The notes: generated by a model from the sequence alone, not told the origin. 64,000 nucleotides of DNA from Paramecium tetraurelia (GCA_000165425.1 CT868028.1:176835-240834), one strand, 5' to 3'; positions 1 through 13,120 are shown, numbered from the stretch's first letter. Numbers and translations: made by a program.

Positions 1-1087
1 GTTGACCTCTAAATAATGTTATGTATAAATAAACAAAGTTCTTCTCGTTTTCTAATTGATGTTTTTGCAAAGAAAGAATTTCTTGTGATTCGTTATATTC
101 TGTTGCCTTTAGAGTAACGACATTTTTCCCTTTATCACAATTTTCTAATTTCTCATGTATAATTTTTAACTTATTGAAGACATCTTAATTTAGTTAGTAA
201 AATTTATGAAATTTGTGAAAATTATTCATAAAAATTAAGTGTGTTAGCTATTTAAATTAATCGTCAGCATGAAAAGCATAAAAAATTTATACTATTTATT
301 CTCCTTTATAAGGTCCTAATGATTCTAAAACTAATTATCTTTCAAAAATGTCTTGCAATATTAATTGTTTGGAATTCGTATCAATTTGTTATAAAATAGT
401 AGTGATCAAAAAGATATTCTTATGATCAACTTCTATAAACCAAGATATAAATTTAATTAATAGCTGATGAAAATAAAGTGCTTTGCAAAAGCTTACATAA
501 TAGTCCTATATACCAATGGCCTCTTATATTTTTTTCAAGTTCCATCTAACAGCAATATCATAAATCTTAACATAAGTTGGAAGGATGAAAGTCTTAGGTT
601 GAATTTCAAGGTATAGCTAATTTAAGATATTATTGAGACATTTAATAAGCATTTAAGTATTATTTTGGATCTCATCAGGTATTTATGATAGAATTTCTTC
701 TTTATTTATATGAGCATGACCCTGATGATGATCACAAATTCCTAATTTAAGAGAATTAATATCTCCGCAGTCACAACATCCACTAGTGTCCTTAAGAACA
801 AATTTATGATCTAAAATATTATTCATAATACTTATGTGTTTGTTAATATCAAAGCATTTGACGCAAATCATATGATGAGTGTCTCCAGAGCAATCAAAAC
901 ATTGAAAACTCAACTCTCCTTTTGGAATATGAGCTCCACATACAGAATGTACTTTTTATTTATGATCTTATAATTATAAAGATTTCTTTGAAATCAAAAG
1001 ATTGTACAATTACTCCATTTCTACTTGTTGTTGATTATTATTGTAGAGACTTTACAATTCTGATTCGATTGTTTCCATTGACATCAT
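1..1087 (-). CDS. UBR-box (zinc finger) E3 ubiquitin ligase, N-terminal part; continues past the window edge
   Basis: Table-6 translation MMSMETIESE...VCGAHIPKGELSFQCFDCSGDTHHMICVKCF...HKFVLKDTSGCCDCGD matches the UBR-box Cys/His pattern; 21-nt intron 811-831. Confidence 0.85.
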
Positions 1088-1988
1088 GATTGATTAAAAT
1101 ATTTAATAAAATATTTTTATTTTTGCAATACTTTTAAAATGAAAAGCCTCATTTCTGATGAAGTTAAGAAAACTTAATATAATTTTTTTTAAGTCTTTAA
1201 AATTAAAATTATACATATTTATTCTTTCAATATTTCATTTATATTCAAGAAAATCAAAGAGAATTTTTCCCTTTAATTTTTGAATGAAATATAAAATTTT
1301 AATTATTAATATAAATAAGGAAACTAATATAATTTAATTGATAGAAATAATAGTGATATGAAATACATTATTGTAAACCTAGATTAATTAATATTCAATT
1401 CTTCCCTATATATAATAACTTAATTTATAATCTTGTGAGGGATTTAGAATGATATATCACATAATTTTATTTAACTCAAAGTGAATAGTAAATTATAATT
1501 GTTTATTAAATATTTGTGATGACTTATTAATAGCTTTATTATATATTGTAAATCAAATTCATAATCTAAATGAACTTAATCTCTTTATTTGCATAAATTC
1601 CAATTTTAATTTATTAATACAATTTTATAATGGTTCAGTATATATGATAATAAGAATAAAGTTTAGAATAAAGTATTTAAAGGGAAAAACACACATATCC
1701 TCAGAGTATATAATTTTCCACTTACCTAATAAATAGAAGATTTTAAAAAAGTTAAGTTGATATCACAAATTAGACTTAATTTAAGGTACAACATAAATTG
1801 TTTTCAACCATTCGTATAATCTAAATATCTCTTCGTTATTTGAAAGGAATAGTAAGTTTGCAAAATTTGAGTGCATTTATTTCCACATTGTTTATTAAGT
1901 ATTTTAAAATATGTATTAAACTCTTAGAGAAATGAAGTTAAAGCAATTGATCTCCTGATAGATGTAAAATATAAATATAAACATAAAG

Positions 1989-2697
1989 TCATTTGTTTTC
2001 CTCCAATATTCCACTAGAATTGCATCGTGAAAGTGATTTTTTATTTATACTTCTCTTTCGCAAACGTTCATTAAATTAGTGTTCCTGTTAGTTAACACTC
2101 TTTTTAATCATGGAGGCGTGTCTAAACATTTAATTGAATTTATTACTGATCCAACTTCTCATGGTACTCGTTGACCATGCCCTGCACTTGTTCTGGTTAG
2201 TACTTTACAACTTAGATCACTTATTCTTGAATTGCCAACTTGATAGATTTCTCTTTTTTCTTATTGCGTATGTAGTGTTCATCTTCTTCAATGGGAATGG
2301 GGGATAGATTGTTAATTTTTTAATTAACGGGTGATTGTACTTCAGTGACAAGCTTAGTTTTGAGACAGCTGATTTACTGCTGCATTTCATAAAGAGCATT
2401 TTAGATTTTATCGACAAAGTAGTATTTGATGTCATCTTTGCGACTGTCATAAAACTCTATGCATTGCTAATACATTTGCACTACTTGATTAACGCGTTCA
2501 ACAGTGCATTCTTTGACAATCCTTTATTCAAGTGTGGAGAGCATAGTGAAAAACTATCTTGTAAGAGGTTGAGGACGATCTTATTTGAAATATTCCTCAG
2601 GTGGTACTATGCACATGTCTTCTTGTTAACGAGAATCAGATTTAGTGCGTGATCTGCTACCTCCTAATTATTCGAAAGCTTGTCGAAAAATTCTCAT
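1989..2697 (-). CDS. Hypothetical coiled-coil protein
   Basis: Table-6 frame MRIFRQAFEQLGG...CIEFYDSRKDDIKYYFVDKIQ...FNERLRKRSINKKSLSRCNSSGILEENK-TGA; requires one ~28-nt intron near 2100-2127. Confidence 0.6.
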
Positions 2698-3182
2698 TCC
2701 TAATTTAATAATTAAATGATGTAATTTTGGAAGAAGACCTCGATAAATAAATGTTAAATGTCTGAATTTTGTTATTTCGTAAGGAAATTATAGTTATTCT
2801 ACTAAACCAAAGTAAAAATAATATTTAATCGAATTGCAGTAATTCTATAATTTATATCAGTATTATACATACGATCAGAATTTTCTTCTGTTCTACTAGT
2901 ATTGAGTGTTAGCTATGGCATTCGGAAGTACAGCCCTAAATTTGTAAAATCTGAAATGCTAGCCTTGCTACACGATATTAGAGGAGAGGTTCAGTTCATA
3001 TAAAAAAAAGGAATCAATATTTTTATATAGAAAGACGAATAGAGAAGAGAAGGGAATGAGAGAGAGTTTGGAGTTGAGGGTTACTCTATCCAGGTTTGGG
3101 TTACTCGAATCATGGATAAAAGTTATTAAATAGTTTTATGAATCACTCTTGAAATTAATTGTAAATTTAAATAGGATTACGA

Positions 3183-3656
3183 ATGGTAAGGATGATCAAT
3201 AATTTTATTATAAGATAATCTTTCAGCATGGTTCTTGAAAATAAAGTGGATAATCAAGATATCTCTGAAATTCCCAGTCCAACAAAAGCGTCTGGAATTG
3301 AGAATAGATTGAGAGGAAATGATGACCTTAACCAAATGTAGAAATCTAATCGGAAGTACATGAAGGTGACATTGCAGACTAAATAGCTGCTCTATTAAAT
3401 GGTTCAGATGGAAGGGATAAAAATAAAGGAAGTAATGGAAGATATAAAACTTACATAGGCTGCCAGAATTCTTGGTATCAAGTATGCAACAGCCAAAACG
3501 ATAGTGTATCACAGAAGACAAAAGCGAAAGGAGAGGGGGAAGTGCGGGCTGCGAATGTGTGGTTATACTGAATTGGTGGATAATCGTGTTTCTCGTTTGC
3601 AGATAATTTCGATAACTGGGAACGATGCAAAGTAATGCAAGGAGTACATTCTGTGA
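3183..3656 (+). CDS. Small helix-turn-helix DNA-binding protein (start uncertain)
   Basis: RKYMKVTLQTKQLLYQMVQMEGIKIKE|AARILGIKYATAKTIV is an HTH pattern; 27-nt intron 3432-3458; TGA at 3654-3656. Confidence 0.7.
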
Positions 3657-3810
3657 ATAGGGGATTATGATCTTATGTTTCTTGTTGTATAGGAATAATC
3701 GATATAAATAATTAATCCTTTATATAACAAAACTATGAATGAGGATACTTAAATAGAGTCCCAGAATTTGAGGTATGAAATAAAGTTAAACAAATCATAA
3801 GAAGAGATGT

Positions 3811-4008
3811 TCAGTTGTTTTCTATTCGTTTTTCGATGGTTTTGAGATCTGAATTCAACTTTCTGACTACATCATCTGCGGTGATGTTGGTTCCCATTTT
3901 CTTGTTGTAGAGAGCGGCAATGATGGCCGGATTGCTTCGAATCTCTTGGATGGGGACACTCTTCAAACATTCAGTTAGAGCACTGATGGATTCATTTGAA
4001 TTGTTCAT
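3811..4008 (-). CDS. Hypothetical 65-aa protein
   Basis: ATG preceded by AT-rich sequence, open frame to TGA, protein-like composition. Confidence 0.6.
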   Translation of the reverse strand: MNNSNESISALTECLKSVPIQEIRSNPAIIAALYNKKMGTNITADDVVRKLNSDLKTIEKRIENN

Positions 4009-4029
4009 TATAATAATTATAATATTATC

Positions 4030-4467
4030 TCATTTATTATTTGGCCATTTGATTTTCTTCAACAGATAGTCTATTAATATTTCAGGATTGTGCATTTTTA
4101 GTGTGTTTTAATTAACCCACGATACTTTCGGTGCAAGGTTATTCTTCTGCTTCCAAGAAACTTGGAATAGGAGGTTTTGACCATCATTGTCCTTCCTGAT
4201 TTACAAAATTTCATCTGCAGAATCACCATCATCATAGTTCCCTTCTCCAACTTCTTGATTCTGTTTCTGCTTCAACGATTGCTCGAAATCAAGCACATAG
4301 GTCATGACAGATTGTAGATTTTCGATTGGTTCCCAAGTTTTCTCATTGTCAGAATATCCCTGCCATTTTACCTCGTATTCAGTTCTTCCATTCTTGACTC
4401 GTTTATTAGTAATGGCCTCAACCATGTATTCTTCTTAAGAGGACACAGACACAGGAGAACCCGACAT
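4030..4467 (-). CDS. HP1-like chromodomain protein (chromodomain plus chromoshadow-like domain), 145 aa
   Basis: [40 protein letters not shown] (aromatic cage Y/W/Y); C-terminal LLFQVSWKQ...SWV...[13 protein letters not shown]; intronless. Confidence 0.9.
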
Positions 4468-4742
4468 CTTTAATTAAATTAATGGCGCCCTTAATAAACA
4501 TCTTGTACTTAAGAGCCATTTAATTGGCTGCTTTTAATTTGATAATAATCCCACGATAAAATGGCTGTCAATTGAGATTCATTATAAGTGATTAAATTAT
4601 CATCTCCTCAGGGGATGATTCAATTAACTAGAACCGCCCAAGTGCAGACTCTTATGAAGAGGATCTCCCCATAATTAGTAGTTCCTTAAGATATTATGAT
4701 TTGATTACACTATATAAGATTAATTAAAAATAATTATAATTA

Positions 4743-7700
4743 ATGCCACCTAAAAAGGATGAAGTTGACTTGAATGCTTTACCACCACTCAGGCATCTTT
4801 GTGTGGGTATTCGAATTGAAGCTGGGAAGGCTCGAGCTGCCAAGTTATTAAACTTACTCAAGGAAACCAAATCATTTCAGAAGAATATAACGAGAGAGGA
4901 AATAATCAACTTTTGCAAGGAGAAGCAGTTGTATGTTGATCCTGCCACTTTAACTGATAAGCAAAAGAAAGTACACTTGTTATTTTGATAGTAGGATTCT
5001 AAATTCATGGCAGAAGTAGCCACTGAACTCACATCCGAAGTTATGAATAAGGGATTTTAGATGTTCATTTAGGATTAAGTCCTGTCGATAAGGAAAGCCA
5101 AGTATTAAGCAGCTCAAGCTTTAGCAGCAGAGAAAGCTGCCCCGCCAAAGAAAGACGACAAGAAGGATGTCAAGAAGGGAGGCAAAGAAGCAGCGGCAGT
5201 TGCACCAATTCCAGAACCTGAAAAAGTTGTACCCGAGAAGGAGTACACCAAGAATTTTGACATCGTTTTTCTCGTTCAAGGCTTCCCTCAAGTACCATAA
5301 GAATAGATCGAATTAATCATGCATGTCAAAGAGAAAGTCATCAATTGGGGCGGTGTTGATATGAATCTATTGGAACAAGGAGAAGATTTCTAAGAAGAAT
5401 TGGAAAAGCGAATGGAAGAATTCATACAGCCAGTTACAATTAAGAGATCCTACTCAGAAGAGTCTCTACATTATACTGCTGCAGAAAGGGCAGTCATTGA
5501 GGAAATCAAAAAATAAAGAAATGGTTCCCAAAAATCAGATCCACTCAGACAACTTACAATTAAGGAATTGATCTTGGAAATGGATTTGGAAGTTGAGGAA
5601 GAAACACTCAAATAATTCCATGAATAATTGATTGAGGAGATCTGCCAATTTAGTGTAGATCAATAGCAATTCAACGAATGGATTGTGAACAAGAAACCAA
5701 TTCCCTTGATTACTAAAGAAGCACCCAAAGATCCATTCGATTTAGAAGTTGAGCGTATCAAGCATGAGGCTCATTAAGCAGAGGAGTAACAGAAGGCTGC
5801 AGAAGAGGCAGTTGCTGCAGAGAAGAACAAAAAAGGAGCCAAGAAAGAGGCTAAGAAAACAGATGCTGAATTGGAGGCTGAGAGATTGGCTGAAATAGAG
5901 AAGAACAAATAAAATGAATTGAGAAAATAATAAATTGAAGAAGCTTTGGAATAGCAATAGAAAATGAAAGCAAAATTACATTTGTAATATTATAAGCGAT
6001 AATTATCTGATGTGCAATTGTCAAAAGTAGGACCTTGTATCCTATTAGAATGTTTATTAGATTAGTTATCTGCTGAGGCTGCTTATATTTAAAGTTCTAA
6101 AGTGCCTCCATGTTTAGAGGATTAAGAAGATGCAGAACAAGTTAATAGACTTTTGGCAAATCAAAAAAAGGAGTAACATTAAGCAGAAAATGCCAAGTAA
6201 TTGATATTGGATGAATGCGATTGGATTGAAGTAAGAGGACACTTTGGTTAATTACACGATTAATAATTTATTGTTGAGAGAGAACACAAGATCTTTGACA
6301 ATTTATGTTTCCCTGGCATTGATAGACAAGGCATGCCAGAAATAGCAGAGAAATCAGAGAAATTACGAAAGGCCAATAAGGCTAAGTTGCATCCATTTAT
6401 TAATGTAGATGTAAGTGAATTTGAAAGAAGACAACTACTTTTGTCCTTTGAAGAATTGCTCAAAGAAAATGAGCCTGAGTAAGACTGGTATTTGGGTGAC
6501 CGTGTCTATTTAGAGAGACATAATAAAAATACTCTGAAATAACAATTTTATGAAGCATTATTACATGATCCTCAAGTAGTTCTAAAATATTTACCCGATG
6601 ATGATGCTCTAATGGTTTGTTGTTATTATAAGAATCCTCCTGGAAGAACACTAAGAAAGAAATGGTCAGCCGAATGGAGAGTTCTACCTAATTTGGAATA
6701 CTTTATCCAAGTTCGTAATTTTAATAGTGAATATTATTATGATATTGATTACTAATAAATTGGGGCTATTACTGAGAGATCAAAAATCATGTATCCCACT
6801 GATAATTCATTAATAATTGCAACCAAATTTACTGTTGGAGAGGTAGAACGTATAAGATACAGAGTTATTAAAGAGAATCTGGTTTTTGGAATACAGGGAG
6901 GGTTTTATGCCTAATTTAGAGATTTGAGAATGAGTGCCTAAGATTAGATAATGAATTTGACATTTAAGAATGGTCTTTGCCTAAGGTTTACTCAGAAGGG
7001 AGAAGTGGTTTAATAATATCTTTATCAAAAACCATAAGAATAGACTCAGACATTGCTAAATTTATATGATAATGCAGAAATCAATCATGAATTAGAAATT
7101 AAAAGAGTGATTACAGGATAAGGAACAGTAATAGTGTATAAGAAGGATGGATCAATCATAGTATTATATGCAAATGGTAATGTCTCAATGTACAAAAATG
7201 ACATGTGGATAACAACTAATAATAAAGGAATTAGAAAATCATAGAAGGGAATCGAAAAGATCCCATGTGCAATTAAAAATGATCCTGAGAGTGGTGCCAA
7301 AGTGTATATTCGAGATGATCAAACTCTCATCATTTACTATAAAGATGGATCTCAGTATACTTAACATTACGATGGAACCATAATGCTTATAAAAGGAGAT
7401 AAGGTTATTGTGGAACATCCTAATTTTGCTAGTGTCGTAGTCACAATTGACAAGGTCAAATAGAGAACTGGAACTATCATTGGAATGGGCAGTGCTTATG
7501 CAAATGTAGGTTTCGACAATATCTTCGAAAGAAGTAATGATGGCCGAGTGGTAGAAACCTTTTATTAAGGGTGTAAGGTGATCTCTTATATTGAGAAATA
7601 AGAACTTCCAGAATACAAGTAATACAAGACTAATCGAATTCATTTGATGTACACTCATGATGGAAGTGTTGCCAAGGTAGTTGATGATGGGGAAATTGTC

Positions 7701-9901
7701 ATCGTCACTGCTGAGGAGAGAGTCAGACTCAATAATAAAGGGGAGAAGAAACAATTGGGATAAGACATTGACTATTGGTTGTAACTGTTTTCTGTTTCAG
7801 AAGAACGTAAGGCTGGAGTTTATACTATTGATTTGACCAGAAAATGCATCTTTACAAAGGATGAAGAATCCAATTATTTCTAAATTGATGAAGATGGAAA
7901 TGTTACATCTAAGATTTCAGTATCCTTAAATCAAGAACCCTCTACTCCTGATTACATTCCTGATGGCTTATTCGTGGATGAAGAGAACAAAGTGCTTCCA
8001 CCACCAAAGTCGTGGGTTCCTCCCAGATTATTTTTAGTTAAAAATGATAATACAGGTGTTGAATTATTCAATCAAACTCAATTACAGGATTACTTTAGAC
8101 TTAAATCAGAAAATCCATTCTGCACTAGATTAATTGATGAATTACCAAACAATGTTAAATCTATATCCTTCATCACTGAGTTGAAGAATTAGACCAAAAA
8201 GTTCATTGAAGTCAAAATACCGTAAACACTAGATATTGTACCTAAAACAGTTTAAAAAACTACCATAATTCCTCACAAAGTCTTTACTTATCGCAATTTC
8301 TTGGAGTACCTTCCATTTGATAAGGATCAAAGAGCTCTTCACGAGTAATCATTGCAAAAGTATGAAGTCTGGCAAAAGGCTATGTAGAAAGCTTAGAATG
8401 AGTTTGGAGTTATACAAAAGTCAGAAGATGAAAGAGATGCTGAGTTTATTATTTAAATGAAGATCCTGGAAAGCAGAAGAACAGATTATTCTTATGAATC
8501 CTACGATTAAGCCAAAAGCAAGATCACTTTGCCTGACTCTGCATCCAATGTAGTTGAACCCCTAGAATAAACCCTGGTTAGAACAGCCAAAGTGCAATAA
8601 GTTGTCTAATAAGCCTTCGTTGATGTTCACAGGAAAGTGCAGACTATTTAGATCTAGAAGTCTATGAAACCAACTTCAGAAGCCAAAGGGTTTGTCTAAA
8701 ATTACTTTGATACAAAGGAAGGACATGAATATTTGAAAACAGCCCCTGAAAATCCTCCAATCAAAAAACCAAGAGAGAGAATAGTCTAACCTAAAGAAGA
8801 AGAACAGCAACAACAATAGATCCTGCAAGAAACTTAAAAGACAATGCCAGAAGGAATCATTCCTTTAGAATAACCTTAATTGCCTACTCCACAATATAAT
8901 GATACAAATAATCTTACAAAAGTGATAATTAAGCCTTCAGTTTTCACTCAAGCAGAAATCGACGACGAGGTTAAATAGAGGAAATAACTTGATGAATCGA
9001 TCAGATATAGATAAGTAAAGAAGAAGGATTTTGATGTCTATGGAAAAGAGAGAAAAGACTAAAAATTGGTGCCTTGTCTCCTCAAAACAAACCCAAAGTC
9101 TGAATTGAATTAGAAGTACATTCTAACAGATGCATCAACAGACAATAGAATTAAGATTAGTTCAATGGCAACTCGAGTTTATTAATAGGCTGCTCCCATC
9201 AGTCAAATTAGAAATGAAGGCATGCATCAAACCATCATAAGGACTTTGGACAAAAAGAATAATTTGGATGATCTTATAGATAAAAAGAATCTCATGGTTA
9301 CGAGTGATATCAATGATAGATTAAAGAAGGATCTATTGATTTATCCTGTTAATGTTCAGTTTGGAGAACTTAAACAAGGAGGATAGTATGAATTCAAAAT
9401 CTCAGTCAAGAATGAGGATATCATGGCTTAACGTATAGTTTTAAAGTAACCGTTGAATACAAATATTAAAGGGTTGATGAAATAGATGGGCTCGGTATTT
9501 TAATTTATTTATACTTCTAGATATCCCTCGGTTTGGTCAGAGAGGTCTTTATTCACATCAGCGCAGAAAGAGTTGGCCAATTCTCTGATGAACTCTAAAT
9601 CATGTCAAAACATTCCATCTACACAATACCAATTACTGGCAATGTACTTGAGTCGAGTATGTTTGATAAACTCAACTCAGAATAGATCAAACTCACCAAT
9701 AAACCTCTCTTAAGGAAGCATGTTAAAGACTTGAAAGCTGTATGACATTTTAGTTATTATTTGCAGTCTAAACAATAGGACATAATTGGAGATAGCTAGG
9801 ATTCTGATCTGCTACCGAAGATCAACTATGACAAGAATGTCAAGATCGATGCTTTTTAAAATCAGAAGAAGGAGGAGTAATCATATGAGGAGGAGAATTG
9901 A
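4743..9901 (+). CDS. SPAG17: SPAG17/PF6-like axonemal central-pair protein (~1,700 aa)
   Basis: MPPKK start, K/E-rich segments, beta-hairpin repeats (RVITGQGTVIVYKKDGSIIVLYANGNVS..WITTNNKG) and a C-terminal PapD-like domain (YPVNVQFGELKQGGQYEFKISVKN); introns near 4971, 9495 and 9740. Confidence 0.75.
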
Positions 9902-9983
9902 TTATCACAATTTATAATAGATATAGATATTAATTCTAAGACAGTAGAGTTATGAATATCCCATAATAGTTATTTTAATTAAA

Positions 9984-11096
9984 TCACACCTTAATCTTCC
10001 TGATATTCTTCCGCAGTATGCTTTACATTGATTTCGTCTTTTCCAAGAAGTTTTTGACTCTTTCATCTTCTTTAAATTTATTGGAACGCTTAAGATTTTC
10101 AGCAAAGCTCATTGAATCTATTTTGACATTGTCTTTGAGACATTGACATGTTTTTGCTTCCAAAAGTAGAGGTAACCAATTGAGAGTGGCTAAATTGACA
10201 GCCTCAGCAACATTGAATCCACAATTAAAGCCTTGATGATAGGCTCCAGCAAAAATAAACATAAACTCTCCTTGATGATGAGCCATTTTTGAAATTCTAA
10301 TTTCGGGTATTTTCTCCTTCAGCAAATATGGGTTGATAACTGTAGTTTTATGTCTCAAATATTCTGAACACTTATTAAAATGATCACCATATTACTGTTT
10401 GGCATATTTTTCAATGAGATGACTATCAGCTTCGGGTATTGAATACCAGAATCTAATTATTATAATATATTATAATTTACTTGTCTTTTCCAACATGAAG
10501 ATAATTAACACTACAAAGATCTAGGTCTTCTTTGTGCCAAGCAAAGAATGACTTCCATGAACCAACGTATATATAAGGTTCATTGACTCCTGGGATTCGG
10601 TTCTTGAGTCCAAAGTTGAGTAGGCTTGTAATTTGGTTGAGGTTCCAAGAATTGTTGACATCCATCAGACTTAGTTTAATGTCAGCTCCATATAGAGGAG
10701 GACTGAAGGCTAGACTTTTCCAGTAAAGCTTTTCCAGTTGGTCTGAATTTAGTTTTTCATGTTATTTATCTATTTCTGTTTGTTTAGCTCTGTAATCCTT
10801 GAGAGGCATTGACTTTTTTAAGATGTGTAAACATTCGTAGTTGCCCCCCTTCCCATAAACATTCTGCTCAATAGGACCTTAAATAATTAGATTGTCAAGA
10901 GATTTGTTGTAATCTTGCTAGCGAATTCGGAAGTTCTTTGGGGGAATGATCTATGAATTAATTTAAAAATATAATTTACTTTCACCATCCCGTAGTTGGA
11001 TGAATATTATTTATCTATTTTCTCAATGTAATCATAGAAGTTTTCGAACTCTTAGGGTGTTGGCCGTAACACAGGGCACTCCTCAATGGTTGTCAT
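9984..11096 (-). CDS. KDM4/JMJD2-like JmjN-JmjC histone demethylase
   Basis: JmjN: ECPVLRPTPQEFENFYDYI..GMVK|IIPP; JmjC: FAWHKEDLDLCSVNYLH..GAYHQGFNCGFNVAEAVN with intact HxE..H; two short introns. Confidence 0.9.
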
Positions 11097-11327
11097 GTTT
11101 TAAATAATACTTAAATATCTTGGAATCAAACAATCCCTTTGAGCACCCCGGTGAGACAATATATACATATATATTAAAAGGAAAGAGAATGTAAGAAACC
11201 TTAAAGGTTGAGAGATAGATTGTCTCTGGAGTGCGATTTGGCTGAGTGCGTCCACTTAATTCCCTGCTTCATTATGGGCTCTTCCATCTGCTCGCCTACA
11301 ACACTTTAATTAATTGATATATTAGAA

Positions 11328-12027
11328 TCATTATTCCGTATCTTCTATAATGTACTCGACACCTCGTTAAGTTTTTCTTCTCAAATGAGTTTTAGACTTC
11401 TCAATCTCATTGAAACCATCAATTTGTAAAGGCTAAACCACCCTCTTTATCAAATCGCTTTTATGTGCAAACATTGCAAATTAACAGTATGAGATACTGC
11501 AATTCCCTTTGATTACTAAAACTAATACTGTCTCGTGATGCATAATTGTGTTCATCTTCATTATTATTTTGTATTGCCATGATTTGAATAAGACTCTGCA
11601 GACTTTATTATGTTTATTTCTGCTGATCAATCGAAGTGTTGTCTTCTTCCTAATCGGTAATTTGCTAAATCATTTCTGTTTCATATCCTCTCTTAATTTG
11701 ATCCCAAAATCATCCTGCTTAATGAATAAACCTTGCTTCCCATCTCTTCTAAAATTATTATGTTTAAATTCTAACACACCATGGTTGTGTTCTTCTTGAA
11801 TTCAATCATGCTCAATTATCTATCTTCTATTATGATATAATACTCAAGAGAAACTGGGTAAATTCGAATATCTGGAGTAATCTGGAAGTAGGAACTGTTT
11901 TGATCTCTCATGATCTTCTAATACCAGAATATGTCCACTTTCATCAAATCATGTTTACACCTGTTCTTAATTTCCTCATTGTATTAAGGTTAGTCAAAAA
12001 TACAGAAATTAAATGTCCCTTCTCCAT
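11328..12027 (-). pseudogene. Coding-like ORF with an internal TGA
   Basis: ATG at 12027 and coding-like sequence, but every short-intron parse I tried leaves one in-frame TGA around 11670-11715. Confidence 0.3.
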
Positions 12028-12035
12028 TAATTATA

Positions 12036-13120
12036 ATGAATAATACAGCATAATCTTAAATTATAAACTCCTGAAAACAGATTTTGTTTGAATACGCTAC
12101 TCTAAATCTGAAGCAAGTTTGTCAGATGGCGTATTCTTAGACTACAATTATTCCAGACTCCTTTGATGAATGAAAGTTCATCTCTCATTAAAAGATTTAT
12201 GGTGATTGATCATGGACTGACTTTAATCAGCCATGACCCATTTTAAGAAGAAATCATCAATTCCCTTTTTTATTTGATACTACCCTATTCATATTTCTAA
12301 CCCTTATCAATAGAAACCAGATGATGCCTACTATATCAGGGGAAATTTAAGATATTTCAATTACATTTCGCCTCTTAAGATCAAAGCAATTAATAATCAA
12401 ATCTAACTATTTTGAGTACCTCTTGTTTAGACCAATCTGAAAGAACCCAATAATATAAAACACAAGATTTAGTCTTACTCCAATAAATAAGGTTCTTTAA
12501 TTTAACATTCCTTGAGTTTTTAGAACTAGCTGAATAACTAAAAACTTATACAAAAGATATGAAACTCACCACTCAAGAAAAGAGTCAATTAAATTGGGAT
12601 AATAAATTTGAATCAGATGTACAGGATTTTTTGTGCTTATAAAGATTTGTTCTTTTGATAAAATCTATTAAAATTATTGGTCAAGCTTAGAACACAGATT
12701 TAAATAAGCCATTAAATATGTCGAATAATAATTTCATCTAAGGAGTCGTTAGGATATAGAATAACAATATGGGAGTAATCACTCAAATTGTCTACCATCT
12801 TTATTTTAACAATACCAGATGGAAATGACTCTTTTAGATAATAATTAATCAAAACAACCAAGATTTAATCTCTTTTATATATGAAATTTAATAAATAGAA
12901 TAACAAGAAAGGACTAATTTTATTGAAAAACTTGAATACTTTGAATTTCTTATCAAACATCTTCCAATCATTAAGATATAAAACAAAATTCAAATTTCAC
13001 AACAATCAACAAAACTTATTAAGAAAGGTTTTTAAATAAAAACATAAATAATTAGATTTACACAGTTGATTTTTGTCTCATTTATTATGGATCCCTACTT
13101 AATTAATTAACAATATCTTT
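12036..13120 (+). pseudogene. Decayed gene remnant, possibly DENN-like
   Basis: Coding-like segments (LIKRFMVIDHGLTLISHDPFQEEIINSLFYLILPYSYFQP) broken by several TGA codons and frame changes. Confidence 0.3.

Noticed and set aside
1630..1935. Possible small plus-strand gene
   Set aside because: No in-frame start codon or recognisable domain
2089..2132. Possible retained TA-bounded IES
   Set aside because: Removing the 26-nt TA-TA segment does not restore the frame and its ends do not match the TAYAGYNR consensus; a 28-nt GT..AG intron explains it more simply
2840..2999. ATG AAC TGA followed by a coding-like frame (readthrough or selenocysteine?)
   Set aside because: No redox motif or SECIS evident and it cannot be joined to the downstream gene; probably a remnant
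4630..4655. CCCAAGTGCAGACT resembling the RNase P RNA 3' motif
   Set aside because: The complementary upstream P4 strand was not found
5742..7754. Hydrophobic minus-strand track ORFs
   Set aside because: Antisense shadows of the SPAG17-like gene
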